Positions 46,382-56,256 are shown, counted from the stretch's first letter. The stretch is DNA of 64,000 nt from a virus (IMGVR_UViG_3300005614_001084:96001-160000); one strand, 5' to 3'. Program-made: numbers and translations. Notes: a model not told the origin generated them from the letters alone.

Positions 46382-47010
46382 GGAGTCTCCTTGTGGATCA
46401 GCTCGTGGTTGGCGGTGTTGGGGTCGACGAAGGCACGGAACATCTCCATCGCGGCGCGGTGGCAGATGCCTTCGATGTCTTGGGCGTAGAGCGTGTAGAC
46501 CGAGTGCTCGGGCTCCAGGTGGTTCTCCTCCTGTGGCCTCAGCTTCTCGTGAAGGATCTCCCGGAGCTTCAGCGCGACGACGGTGAGCCGGTCCTGGATC
46601 TCCGGATCCTCCAACGTTCCCTTCACCTCGACCTCGGTGGGGATCGGAGGAGCGAAGCCACGAAGCCATTGCTTCGCCATCTCCGCAGCAAGACCGAGGA
46701 TCGAGGCGTAGGCCTTCGCCGTCAGCACTCCTCCTCGATCGTTGTAGTTCTGTGCTTCCTTGAGGATCGCCTCCTCAGCTCGATCGAGAAGATCCTTGGT
46801 CTTCATCCCCGCGTTGGCAGGGATCTTACCGGAGGCGATGCCTACGGCCAGCATCACCTCTGCGATCGCCTCCAGCATCACCTGAGTGTTGCCTTTCTCG
46901 CAGTGGGCTCTGACGAGCTTCTGAGCTTCAGCACTCAGCACGCCGTAGGCTCGAAGCACCCCGCCTATCCTGGACTCAGTCACGGCCGTCTCCCCATTCC
47001 TCCCCAACAT
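46378..47010 (-). CDS. hypothetical protein
   Basis: ORF. Confidence 0.7.
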   Translation of the reverse strand: MLGRNGETAVTESRIGGVLRAYGVLSAEAQKLVRAHCEKGNTQVMLEAIAEVMLAVGIASGKIPANAGMKTKDLLDRAEEAILKEAQNYNDRGGVLTAKAYASILGLAAEMAKQWLRGFAPPIPTEVEVKGTLEDPEIQDRLTVVALKLREILHEKLRPQEENHLEPEHSVYTLYAQDIEGICHRAAMEMFRAFVDPNTANHELIHKETP

Positions 47011-47085
47011 CCTTACTTACTGTCATCTCGTCTCTCTTTCACTCGTATAAGGGTCTGTGGATAGCTGTGTCAAGGAAATGGTGTG

Positions 47086-47114
47086 TTGACTCTGGTTTGA
47101 GATATATGTATTCT
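47086..47114 (+). promoter_or_regulatory. sigma70-type promoter in AT-rich divergent intergenic region
   Basis: TTGACT-N17-TATTCT. Confidence 0.6.
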
Positions 47115-47192
47115 CTCTTTTTCATCAAGATCTATCTCTCTTCGATACTGACATCACGTAGGAGAGATACAACGAGATGACAGGATGTAAGG

Positions 47193-47855
47193 ATGTCCAG
47201 GCGCACACTCCCGGGTGAACTTCGAGCGAGACTGGGCCTGCTGGTCTCTCAGGCCGAGAAGCAGGTCCGGCTACCCAGTCCGAGCCAGATGGAAGCCGAC
47301 CGTGCCCCGAGGATCCGCTACAAGCCGTCGGGACAGAAGACCCAGGCGGAGAGCTTCAAGGACCTCGACCACTGGCTGGAGGAGGCGCAGGCCGGCATGC
47401 CGGACGACTCCTTGGCTCGTGCCGCCAACGTCTCGATGACGGCGGTGCTGGAGTGGAGGAAGGCCAGAGGGGTGAAGCGCAAGCGAGGCTGGCAGGCGAG
47501 GCGAGAAGCCGACGTCTGGGCGATGGACGCCTTCGGTGACGGATTCATCTCCGAGATCCAGCAAGCACAGTCGCAGCTCAAGGGTGCCTGGGATCTTCCG
47601 GAGTACGTGCTTCGTCTACCGCTAAAGTACGACTCGCTGTGCCGAGCCGCGTACCATCTCGCCGCTGATCTCGGTATGACGCCGGACGAGATTGCCGGAG
47701 CCATCGGACTCAGGATCCGCGACGTCGAGATGGCGATCGCGGTGGAGACGGCATACCTCACACGCGTATCGATCTCTTGCTCAAACTGTGGTCGCCCGTG
47801 CGATCCCAACTACGGAGAGTTCTGTTCCACTCGATGCAAGGCGGAGAAGACATGA
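47193..47855 (+). CDS. HTH + Zn-finger putative regulator
   Basis: DSLARAANVSMTAVLEWR; MTPDEIAGAIG; CSNC..CSTRC. Confidence 0.65.
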   Translation: MSRRTLPGELRARLGLLVSQAEKQVRLPSPSQMEADRAPRIRYKPSGQKTQAESFKDLDHWLEEAQAGMPDDSLARAANVSMTAVLEWRKARGVKRKRGWQARREADVWAMDAFGDGFISEIQQAQSQLKGAWDLPEYVLRLPLKYDSLCRAAYHLAADLGMTPDEIAGAIGLRIRDVEMAIAVETAYLTRVSISCSNCGRPCDPNYGEFCSTRCKAEKT

Positions 47856-48523
47856 GACCCCTGACCTGGTGGGAGTGGCTGATCGCAGACAGCGCCAGCA
47901 TCCGGCGCCTCGGCCACGACCCGACGCAGCGGCTGCCCCATACCGGACACCAGCGTGCGCTCAGCTCTCGCTGGGCACAAACGATCGGCAAGTGGGGCCG
48001 GAGCAGCCCGGCCTCCATCATCAAGCTGTACCGCGGCGAGTCCGAGACCGCGATCTCGGAACAGAAGGCACGGTGGGCATACGATCTGTTCAAGAACCGG
48101 AACCACCTGTGGTCGCCCGGCGACTGGATCTCGCTGCTCGACGCCGAGCCCATCGACTTCCTGCGCATCGGAGGGGTGATGATTGCGTCACTCGCACATG
48201 CTCGCGTGATGTTGTGGAAGGTCACCCACCCCACGCTGAGCCTCGGCGCAGCGGCTCGGGAGGCAGTGCTCTACGAACAACCTCAGGACAAGGCGAAGGA
48301 GAAACTGAACTACCTCGGCATGCTGCCGATCGAAGCTCTTTTGTACTACCACGCGATCGAGCATGTGCTGGAGGAAAGCGGCATCACCAAGATGGTGTGG
48401 AGCGACTGCCAAGGGATCGAAGCCTGGGGCGAGCGCGCCGACCTCTGGAAGCGCCACGAATGCGACGAGCTGGTCTCCTTGCCCGCGCACGCGCTGGCCG
48501 CCTATCCTGTGGACTATGCGTAA
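47852..48523 (+). CDS. hypothetical protein
   Basis: GGAG, ATGA overlap. Confidence 0.7.
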   Translation: MRPLTWWEWLIADSASIRRLGHDPTQRLPHTGHQRALSSRWAQTIGKWGRSSPASIIKLYRGESETAISEQKARWAYDLFKNRNHLWSPGDWISLLDAEPIDFLRIGGVMIASLAHARVMLWKVTHPTLSLGAAAREAVLYEQPQDKAKEKLNYLGMLPIEALLYYHAIEHVLEESGITKMVWSDCQGIEAWGERADLWKRHECDELVSLPAHALAAYPVDYA

Positions 48524-49079
48524 AGACACCCTCGATCACGACTACGCCGCGGCGTTCATCGCGCAGCACGCGCCTCGTCATGACGCACTCGACGCGTTCC
48601 GCAGCCTCATAGCGGCGAAGCCGGAACAGAAGGCAGAGGCGCTGGCCACCTTCAACGGCCTCTTCACGCATACCGCCGACACCACCTCGTCGCAGCCCAA
48701 AGATCTGATCGAGCTGTATGGCATCGATCTCCGTGCGATGTGGCGCGACTACGAGGACCGCCCAGACCATTACACGGCACGCCAGCACGAGATCTTGCTG
48801 TTCCTCGTGATGCAGCGGCCGATCAACAAAGAGCCCACGGCAGAGGAGAAGAACGGCCTCGTACTGAGCTTCCTCGGCCAGTCCGCCACCGACAAGCACC
48901 AGGAGATGGCGCGTAAGCGATACGACGAGGCGCAGCGCGCGCGACGTGAGGCAGAGGAGAACGACGGCATTGTGCTCGATGACGGGCGCACCGCCAACGA
49001 TCTCATCAACGAGGAGAGGACCAGGTCACACGAACCCACGTTCGAGAAGCAGGACTACGGCGACAAGGTCTTGATCTGA
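48516..49079 (+). CDS. hypothetical protein
   Basis: Start MRKDTLDH. Confidence 0.65.
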   Translation: MRKDTLDHDYAAAFIAQHAPRHDALDAFRSLIAAKPEQKAEALATFNGLFTHTADTTSSQPKDLIELYGIDLRAMWRDYEDRPDHYTARQHEILLFLVMQRPINKEPTAEEKNGLVLSFLGQSATDKHQEMARKRYDEAQRARREAEENDGIVLDDGRTANDLINEERTRSHEPTFEKQDYGDKVLI

Positions 49080-49378
49080 TGAACCTCGATATGCTCCCCA
49101 CGTCAGAACCCATTACTGCCGAGACGCTGCGCACGATGTTCGATCGCATGTACAGGGCGGTAGCGTTGCCGCCCCAGTACCTCGTCACGCCCCAGACCTG
49201 GAGGCGCTTCGAAGAGATGCGGGCCAATCCTCGTCTTGATCACTACGATTCCTCTACTCTGCTCGCCTACGCCGAGGTCGGCGCCACACCACGGCTGCGT
49301 ACCGCTAGCTATGCGCTGGGCAAGTCGTACCGCCGGGCCACGCGCCGCGCCCGCAGGAAAGCGCGATCGCAGCGCTAA
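49079..49378 (+). CDS. hypothetical protein
   Basis: Coupled ORF. Confidence 0.6.
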   Translation: MNLDMLPTSEPITAETLRTMFDRMYRAVALPPQYLVTPQTWRRFEEMRANPRLDHYDSSTLLAYAEVGATPRLRTASYALGKSYRRATRRARRKARSQR

Positions 49379-49411
49379 GATCACCTATAAGCGTGTGAAG
49401 GAGGCTCCAAC

Positions 49412-49759
49412 ATGAACACGCACTTCCACGGTCTCAATCCCTCTATCGTTCTCGACATGAACCGTCTCGGCACCGCCGCGCTCACCGACATGCAGAGGAT
49501 GTGGCGCGACTACCCCGACATCCTCGGGCTCATCGACGATCAGATCGATCTTATGCACAAGAACGTGATGCTGAAGCACAACGCATCGAACACCCTGCAT
49601 TCCGTGAAGATGGGGTACATGAACCACATGGCCGGCGCGGTCACTTACGCCGCGATCAACCGAGCGGTAGCGGATAACGCCGCGGTCATCCGCGCCAACG
49701 GGCGGATCATCTTCGACGTCATCACCGCCCACATGACTGGGCGTGTGGCGGAGGCCTGA
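49412..49759 (+). CDS. hypothetical protein
   Basis: CTATAAG + AAGGAGG. Confidence 0.75.
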   Translation: MNTHFHGLNPSIVLDMNRLGTAALTDMQRMWRDYPDILGLIDDQIDLMHKNVMLKHNASNTLHSVKMGYMNHMAGAVTYAAINRAVADNAAVIRANGRIIFDVITAHMTGRVAEA

Positions 49760-49760
49760 C

Positions 49761-49964
49761 GTGAGATCGCTGGAGCGGGCGTTGCGGCGATGGGCCGCGA
49801 CGCCGATCAACGACCACGGCACGCCCCACCTCAACATGCCGGCGCACTACACCATCGCCGAGCAGAACATCTTCGTCGACTTCGTGAACCAGGATCGATT
49901 CGTCTCGGCGGAGGAACAGTACGCCAAGCACGCCGAGATCATGGCTGCCCGGGAGAAGAAGTGA
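49761..49964 (+). CDS. hypothetical protein
   Basis: GGAGG then GTG. Confidence 0.55.
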   Translation: MRSLERALRRWAATPINDHGTPHLNMPAHYTIAEQNIFVDFVNQDRFVSAEEQYAKHAEIMAAREKK

Positions 49965-50293
49965 TGGCACACGGCGCATGCGACCACTGCGGTTGTGCGT
50001 TCGAGGAGCACGAGTGCGACGGCACTCCCGTCAACACCAGGCTGGAGCGCGCACGACGCGCGCTCGCCAACCCCCAGAAGGAGAAGCCGAAGACCCAGCT
50101 CGGCCGGGACGACTGGGTTCGTGTGCGGAAGGGGCACCGGCTCGCAGGAGCTGCGGGCCAGGTGAAGCACGTGGACCGAAGCGTGGTACCGGCCTTGGTA
50201 CGCGTCCGGCAGCTCAACGGCAACGAGCTGCGACTGCCCCTCGGGCTGTTCGAGTTCGTCAGCTATTCCAACGTGGAGCCCGACGTTCTGTGA
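49964..50293 (+). CDS. hypothetical protein, KOW-like C-terminus
   Basis: DWVRVRKG..GAAGQV. Confidence 0.55.
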   Translation: MAHGACDHCGCAFEEHECDGTPVNTRLERARRALANPQKEKPKTQLGRDDWVRVRKGHRLAGAAGQVKHVDRSVVPALVRVRQLNGNELRLPLGLFEFVSYSNVEPDVL

Positions 50294-50601
50294 GTGAGCT
50301 GAAGAAGATGGGCCTGAAGTTCTGGCCGCTCACTCACGACGAAGAGATCGCCGAGGTCAAGAAGGAAGATCTCAAGCTGCTGCCGATTGGCAGTTGGCCG
50401 CCCGATCTCTTCAAGGTGTACATCGAGGCCGACATCAAACTCACCGCACACTACTGGACTCCGTACCTCTGCCGCCGCTGGGGATGCCCGGCGTGCTGGC
50501 TGAATCAAGAGGCGAAGCTCGAACAACTGGAACCACAGCGCTGGCTCGACGATGGCGGGCCGGACATCCCCGATACGATGACCCGAATCTGGAGAGACTG
50601 A
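50290..50601 (+). CDS. hypothetical protein
   Basis: GTGA overlap. Confidence 0.55.
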   Translation: MSELKKMGLKFWPLTHDEEIAEVKKEDLKLLPIGSWPPDLFKVYIEADIKLTAHYWTPYLCRRWGCPACWLNQEAKLEQLEPQRWLDDGGPDIPDTMTRIWRD

Positions 50602-50602
50602 T

Positions 50603-50903
50603 CATGGGAATGTTCGTCAACCCGCAGCCGAAGTGGCTGGCACCGCTGGCCCGTCTGCTCGGCTATGCGCCGCGCTACACCGAGCCGTATCACCTCCGAG
50701 TGACGACGGATCGTGGCGCGCTCATGGTCGGCTACCCATCGGGCGCTCACACCGCGATCGAGATGGCCGCGCAGGTCGTCACCCACGACAGCTCCATGCT
50801 CGACATCGACGAAGAGGCGACCAGCATCCAGGTGCTGGACGCCGACGACAAGATCGTCTTGAGCATGAAGCGCACGCACAACGGACTCTGGGAGTTCGTG
50901 TGA
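50603..50903 (+). CDS. hypothetical protein (start approximate)
   Basis: GGAG RBS. Confidence 0.55.
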
Positions 50904-51217
50904 CCGAGATGTTCGATCCCCACCAGGTACAGCGCGAGTACCTGGTGGGGAGCGGCTTCAAGGAGAAGCTCTACTCCGCGCTTCGCGACATGCACGCCAT
51001 AGGCGGTGATGATCATCGCACGTGGCTACGCCACATGATCAAAGTTCTTCTTTCCGTACAGATCGATACGCCGATAGTGATCGCAGGCGCATCTGTTGGC
51101 ACGATGACACTGGGATTCGGCACTGGGCTGACCGGGCTGATTGGACTCGCCGCCACTACCAGAACCGAAGACCTTCAGGCTCTCGTCAACATGATCATCA
51201 TGAAGTACCAACTATGA
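50900..51217 (+). CDS. FDP-motif paralog 1
   Basis: TEMFDPHQVQREYL. Confidence 0.6.
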   Translation: MTEMFDPHQVQREYLVGSGFKEKLYSALRDMHAIGGDDHRTWLRHMIKVLLSVQIDTPIVIAGASVGTMTLGFGTGLTGLIGLAATTRTEDLQALVNMIIMKYQL

Positions 51218-51471
51218 CGGAGATGTTCGATCCTATCCGCGTGCAAGGTGACTATCTGCGCGAGACAAACTTTCGCGGTCGTCTGAAGATCATAGCTACA
51301 GTCCGCAACGATCTCAACCAGGTTGGAATCGCGGAGAGGCAGTATCTGCGAAGTCTGATGCCGATCTTCTCGTTCTTGAACTGGCGCCGAGACATGAGCA
51401 ACGACTGGGTGCTCGACTTTGCCGACTTCCTGATCCGAGCGTACGACCTGGGAGACCCGATCCGTGCCTGA
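51214..51471 (+). CDS. FDP-motif paralog 2
   Basis: TEMFDPIRVQGDYL. Confidence 0.6.
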   Translation: MTEMFDPIRVQGDYLRETNFRGRLKIIATVRNDLNQVGIAERQYLRSLMPIFSFLNWRRDMSNDWVLDFADFLIRAYDLGDPIRA

Positions 51472-51868
51472 ATGGTTTGATCCCACCCGCATCCAGCGCG
51501 AGCATCTCGAACAGATCGGATTCCGGGCCATGCTTGTCGAGTTGTGCCGCGTCGCCAGTCGGGTGCTGGTCCCCGGCTACGAGATCAACAACTACAACGA
51601 AGTGGACCGCATCGAAGCCTCCAAGCGGCTTCAGAGGATCGGGGAGTTCGCGCCGCCGGTACCAGGCGTCGATCTGGCGATGCGGCTACCTTCGTCCTTG
51701 AGAAGCCTCGCCGCTCGAACTGAGATCGCGGAGTTGGTCCGTCTATCCAACGCGCTGATCTACACGTACGGATTGGGAGAACTGATCCACTACGAGGAGC
51801 TGCACGGCGAACTACCCGCCGCGGCATGGCCTCCCATGAAGAAGATCAAGTATCCGTACAGTAGGTGA
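51464..51868 (+). CDS. FDP-motif paralog 3
   Basis: PEWFDPTRIQREHL. Confidence 0.6.
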   Translation: MPEWFDPTRIQREHLEQIGFRAMLVELCRVASRVLVPGYEINNYNEVDRIEASKRLQRIGEFAPPVPGVDLAMRLPSSLRSLAARTEIAELVRLSNALIYTYGLGELIHYEELHGELPAAAWPPMKKIKYPYSR

Positions 51869-51910
51869 CGAGGCGTGGCGTACCCCTCCCGAGGGGACGC
51901 CCCGCCCCGC

Positions 51911-53662
51911 CTAGATTGCTCGGCCCGGACCGTAGAACGCCGCCGGTGCCAGCGGAGATTCCGCTGGACTCGACAGGATGTTCGAGGCCGTCTGGATCCC
52001 CTTGTACCCGCCGTAGGTCGCAAGACCTCCGGCTGCCGCGACACCGCCGAGCGCGAGGTTTCGCGGGGTCAGGGGATTCAGCGATCGCCGCTGTGCAGCC
52101 GGAGCCGCAGCAGTGGTGGTCACGGGGGTCGGGACTCCCCCGGGCGCCGGAGACGGAGGTGCGACGTTCGGCGGCGCCTTGGGCGCCAGCGCAGGCCTCG
52201 CGCGGCCCGCTTCTGCCATCGTGGCTCCACGCGGATCGAGGATGGTGGGTCGGCCTCCGGCGTTGCGTGATGCCAGGCTGGCCTCCATCTGACGACCGCG
52301 CTGCATCACCGCCGGAGACACCTCGCGGCCCAGACGCGCGCTCTGGAACGCCGCCTGAGCCCGGTTCGCCATGCCCGGAGCGCCACCGGCCACCAGCGCC
52401 TTGGCGCCGGCCACCGCCTGCTCGCCGTGACGCACGAGCTGACCGCCGATACGACCGAGCTGTTCGAGGAGCGCCGTCTTCTCCTGCTCCGTGCGGTACT
52501 CGAAGTCCGGGTACAAACGGGTCGCGATCTTCTCCAGCTTCATCTTGCGATTGACGACCCGCTCCGCCACTTCGTCGGCTTCGCAACCACCGAGTCCCCG
52601 TCGCTCCATCTCGGCCTGGACGGCCTTGAAGGTATTGGGATCGTGCTTCTGGTCCGCCTGCTTCTCCGCCGGCAGTACCTTGTTGATGCCCTTGGCGATC
52701 GAGTGGGTGACACCCGGCGCCACCATCGCGAGGCCCGCCAGCTCGCGCGCGTGGCTGTGGCCGAACGCGGAGTCCGGACCGAACTTCTCCAGCGCGCGCC
52801 CGGCGAGCTGAAGCTTCGGGTTCTTCGCCTTCGACAGCATGTGACCGGCCGCGCCCGCGGCGTACGGAGCTGCGAGCACACCAATGCCGACGTCGTCGAC
52901 ACGATCTGCGATGCGGGACGTGCGGTCGTTGTCGGCCGCGGTCTTCACTTCTCGTTTGCCCTGATCGCGCTCCTGGCGACTCATCGAGGCCTGCGAGTAG
53001 TTGGTCACCGCCGGCAGCGTGGAGATCCCGGGCGTCCCCTCGCCGAGCAGGTCACCGTTGGCCACCTTCGGCAGAACGAGATCTTCTCCGAGGCTGAGCT
53101 TGACGAGGTTCAGCTCGGTGAGCAGCGAGGCGTGCTTCTTCCGCTTCGCGTCGCGCTCCTTCTTCTCCTTGAGCTTCTCGGGGTGATCCATGAAGTACTG
53201 GATCATGTCGCCATTGGCGATCTTCTGGCCGTGGTTGTCCTTGTGTAGGACCTTCGCCTTGAAGTCTTCCACGCTCATCTCCTTCATGCCGCCGAAGAAC
53301 CGATGATCATCGTACTGCTTGAGGTAGGCGAACTTCGCCTCTGCCGCGTTCTTGAACGCGAGCATCACCTTCTGCTCGTCGAACTGCTTCCAGTCCTTGC
53401 CGTCGTCCGGGGTAGACGGCTTCTTCATCTGATCGACGATGTACACTTTCGTGGCTTCGAGATCCGGGCCGACGTAGACATCGACGTGGTCGCCGTCGGT
53501 GCCCTTGGTGCCGCGGATGTAGCCGTAGTCGAAGTGCATCTTCGTGTGGCCAGTCTCCTTGCCGTGCGGATCGTACCAACGACGGACGGAGCCCTTCGCG
53601 TTCTCGATGCTGATGTCGAGCCCGTACAGCTTCGTGCGTCCCTGGAGCTTGTGAGCGACCAT
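51911..53662 (-). CDS. protein with N-terminal InPase (inorganic-pyrophosphatase-like) domain, probable virion protein
   Basis: ISIENAKGS..DYGYIRGT.GTDGDHVDVYVG..FDEQKVML. Confidence 0.75.
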   Translation of the reverse strand: MVAHKLQGRTKLYGLDISIENAKGSVRRWYDPHGKETGHTKMHFDYGYIRGTKGTDGDHVDVYVGPDLEATKVYIVDQMKKPSTPDDGKDWKQFDEQKVMLAFKNAAEAKFAYLKQYDDHRFFGGMKEMSVEDFKAKVLHKDNHGQKIANGDMIQYFMDHPEKLKEKKERDAKRKKHASLLTELNLVKLSLGEDLVLPKVANGDLLGEGTPGISTLPAVTNYSQASMSRQERDQGKREVKTAADNDRTSRIADRVDDVGIGVLAAPYAAGAAGHMLSKAKNPKLQLAGRALEKFGPDSAFGHSHARELAGLAMVAPGVTHSIAKGINKVLPAEKQADQKHDPNTFKAVQAEMERRGLGGCEADEVAERVVNRKMKLEKIATRLYPDFEYRTEQEKTALLEQLGRIGGQLVRHGEQAVAGAKALVAGGAPGMANRAQAAFQSARLGREVSPAVMQRGRQMEASLASRNAGGRPTILDPRGATMAEAGRARPALAPKAPPNVAPPSPAPGGVPTPVTTTAAAPAAQRRSLNPLTPRNLALGGVAAAGGLATYGGYKGIQTASNILSSPAESPLAPAAFYGPGRAI

Positions 53663-53742
53663 TCGCCGAGTATAGCCGGGCCGTTGGCGCTGTGGAAACC
53701 CCTATAAGAGATCGAGGGAAAGGTCCCTCTGGGAGACCGATC

Positions 53743-54357
53743 ATGCAAACCGTGAAGACGAAGACGAAGGCGAGGAAGAAGATGAGCGAAGACAAGACCC
53801 CGGGCACGCAGACGATCAACGGCAGCATCAACCGCATCCTCTCGGACGAGAATCTGACGGATAGCGACCGTCAGCAGCAGCTCGACTCGCTGCTGGGCCG
53901 CACCAACATCCCTCAGCCCGCGCTGTTCGAGACGTTCGAGCGCGTGCTGCCGGGCCGGCCTCGCGTCATCGCGGTGAGCGGGACCGCGCTCAACGTGAAC
54001 ATCGACCTGAAGCCGGAGGCGGTGTGGCCGGTCGTCGAGGTCTTCGAGATCGGAGACGACGGTCTGATCGAGACCGCGAAGCCGGTCATCCTGCTGGACG
54101 CGAACGGTCATGAGCGCGAGGTGTTCCGTCACGTCGAGATCCTCGGTCCGTGCAGGATCATCCACATGCCGAAGAACCCGCTCGGCTACAACATGCGCCG
54201 TACCGCCGTGATGCAGACGGAGGCACCGCTGCGCATTCACGTCGACACCGCCGCGCAGGCGGCGAAGAACGGCACGCACGACCGCGTCGCGATCCGGCAA
54301 GGTACGGTCAGCGGAAAGCCCGAGCGCAGCACCATCCGCCGACCCTACGGCTGCTGA
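53743..54357 (+). CDS. hypothetical protein
   Basis: CTATAAG + GGAG. Confidence 0.7.
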   Translation: MQTVKTKTKARKKMSEDKTPGTQTINGSINRILSDENLTDSDRQQQLDSLLGRTNIPQPALFETFERVLPGRPRVIAVSGTALNVNIDLKPEAVWPVVEVFEIGDDGLIETAKPVILLDANGHEREVFRHVEILGPCRIIHMPKNPLGYNMRRTAVMQTEAPLRIHVDTAAQAAKNGTHDRVAIRQGTVSGKPERSTIRRPYGC

Positions 54358-54695
54358 TGCCGCGCAGGGCATGGGCGGCGACCGTGAGTCGAGGAGGATC
54401 ACCTCCACGTGTCATCGCGGTCGCTCTGGACCAACGCTCGATCCTCTTCTCCGTTCGCAAGCACATCCTCGGGTGTGTCTATGCGCTGCCGAGGAGCGAA
54501 CGAGAGAAGAAGAACGAGATCATCAAGCGGTTGCGCCGGAACGACAGCGGCGACGTGATCAACGCAGCACAGCTCCTGTGGCAAGCCGGAGGCCCGGAAG
54601 TGCATTGGGGCGAGGCTGACCTGGAGGAGCCCTCGGACGAGACACTCCAGACGATGGACGAGACGACGGAGGCACTGGCACGCAGCCTGCTGTAG
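54357..54695 (+). CDS. hypothetical protein
   Basis: TGATG coupling. Confidence 0.55.
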   Translation: MPRRAWAATVSRGGSPPRVIAVALDQRSILFSVRKHILGCVYALPRSEREKKNEIIKRLRRNDSGDVINAAQLLWQAGGPEVHWGEADLEEPSDETLQTMDETTEALARSLL

Positions 54696-54742
54696 TCGGC
54701 GCCGGTCTGTTCTCTCATCTCACCGAACCTGGAGTACTCCCG

Positions 54743-54922
54743 ATGCTCAACGCCGTTCGCGTCTCACCCGAGGCAACCATCCACATCGCCGAGGTCGCCA
54801 ACAAGGAAGGCCTCACCATCTCCGAAGCCACCAATCGTCTCATCGAGACGGGATTCGCCAGGCGCACCGCTCTGACGAAGTGGCGTCGCAAGGAGCGACG
54901 CGCGCGCCGCAGCCACGCCTGA
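54743..54922 (+). CDS. 59-aa RHH-like DNA-binding protein (not in ORF track)
   Basis: GGAG RBS; resembles N-terminus of 15843-16091. Confidence 0.55.
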   Translation: MLNAVRVSPEATIHIAEVANKEGLTISEATNRLIETGFARRTALTKWRRKERRARRSHA

Positions 54923-55258
54923 GGCAGCGTCGCACACCACAACTTCGAGGCCCCTGGGACCCACCGGTCCTGGGGGCTTCGTCGTTCGGGGTCGAGTTCG
55001 TGGGTGCTCCCCCGTCACTACAAGCAGGCCCAAAACGGGCTGATCGAAGTTCTCCGCCATGCTGGTAAGGCGTGAATCCACGCACCTCAACGGCGATCGC
55101 ACCGCGATCCTGCAATGGAAGTCGAGCTTCGGGGTAGTCCCCGATCCATGGCTCGGGGAGACGATTGGACCGCGCCGGGAGGCCCGTCGCCAATCTCTTC
55201 TTGCCTCGATCGCCAGATCGGGCTGGATTCCGGCTATAAGCGGATGAAGGAGAACCCC

Positions 55259-55525
55259 ATGACCAAGAATAAGATCAAGACTGTGGCCAGTGCCGACTTC
55301 GGCCGCATGATCGGCATTCCGGACGATGACGGCCATCGTCACGAGAAGAACAAGACCGACGTCGTGTGGATCTCTGCACGGCACATCGTCAGCATCACGC
55401 CCACCAGCAACGGTGGGTGCACCATCGCTACGATCTCGGTCGACGCGATGCACGGCAACCTCGTCGCCACCTCAGTTGGTGTGGATGAGATCTTCAAGGC
55501 CCTTGGACTTCAGGAGGAATCATGA
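55259..55525 (+). CDS. hypothetical protein
   Basis: CTATAAG + AAGGAG. Confidence 0.7.
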   Translation: MTKNKIKTVASADFGRMIGIPDDDGHRHEKNKTDVVWISARHIVSITPTSNGGCTIATISVDAMHGNLVATSVGVDEIFKALGLQEES

Positions 55526-55737
55526 GCACCACGTTTCTCGTCCGCCGTCGCGTCGGTGACAGCTTCCTCGGCAAACAGAACCTCAAGATCGAAGATGCCC
55601 TCGACCTGTTCCAGTCCTGGGTCAAGGACCCCGGACGTACGGGCGAGACCATCATCCAGTTGGTGGACGAGACCACCAATGCATCAACCCTCACCCTCCG
55701 GTACTCGGAGAGTGAGGGCGAGTGGAAGAAGATCTGA
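55522..55737 (+). CDS. hypothetical protein
   Basis: AGGAGG, ATGA overlap. Confidence 0.7.
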   Translation: MSTTFLVRRRVGDSFLGKQNLKIEDALDLFQSWVKDPGRTGETIIQLVDETTNASTLTLRYSESEGEWKKI

Positions 55738-55770
55738 AGAACGGGGCGTGCGGTGTTAGCCGTCTGCGCC

Positions 55771-56256
55771 CTAGTTCTTTGCTTGCTTCTGTTGGTCGAC
55801 GATGACGCGGTCGAAGGCGGCGACCTCGTCCGGGTTGTCCAGGTACCAGTCCTTGCCGTACGCCAGCGCCACCAGGCTGCCCGCGATGTAGCAGAGCCAC
55901 GGACTGAGGGCCCAGATGGCCAGCGCGGCCCAGGGAGCCCAGTAGGCGCAGGACGCCGCCATCACGGCTCCAGCGATGGCATGGGTCTCGTACTGGATCG
56001 TGTGCCGGTGCTCGTGGTCCATGTACGCGTCGAACTCGGGCTCACCGCAGGGCACCACGAGCATGGTGTGGCCGATCGTGGTCGCGCCGTACTTGTAGAG
56101 CTTGAGGAACCAGTTCCCGACCGCCATGCGAACGACGAGGCATCCGTCGTTCCACACCAACTCGCCGCCGCCAGTGCGCAAGATGAGGATCCAGAGCACG
56201 CCGATGATGTCGGTGGGGAGTAGAAGCGGGTAGAGCAGGTAGCGTGTCCAGCGCAT
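55771..56256 (-). CDS. membrane HExxH metallopeptidase-like protein
   Basis: ATTIGH..DHEHRHTIQY..NPDEVAA. Confidence 0.65.
   Translation of the reverse strand: MRWTRYLLYPLLLPTDIIGVLWILILRTGGGELVWNDGCLVVRMAVGNWFLKLYKYGATTIGHTMLVVPCGEPEFDAYMDHEHRHTIQYETHAIAGAVMAASCAYWAPWAALAIWALSPWLCYIAGSLVALAYGKDWYLDNPDEVAAFDRVIVDQQKQAKN

Noticed and set aside
47011-47192. Replication origin
   Set aside because: Only one imperfect DnaA-like box and no iterons; not enough support
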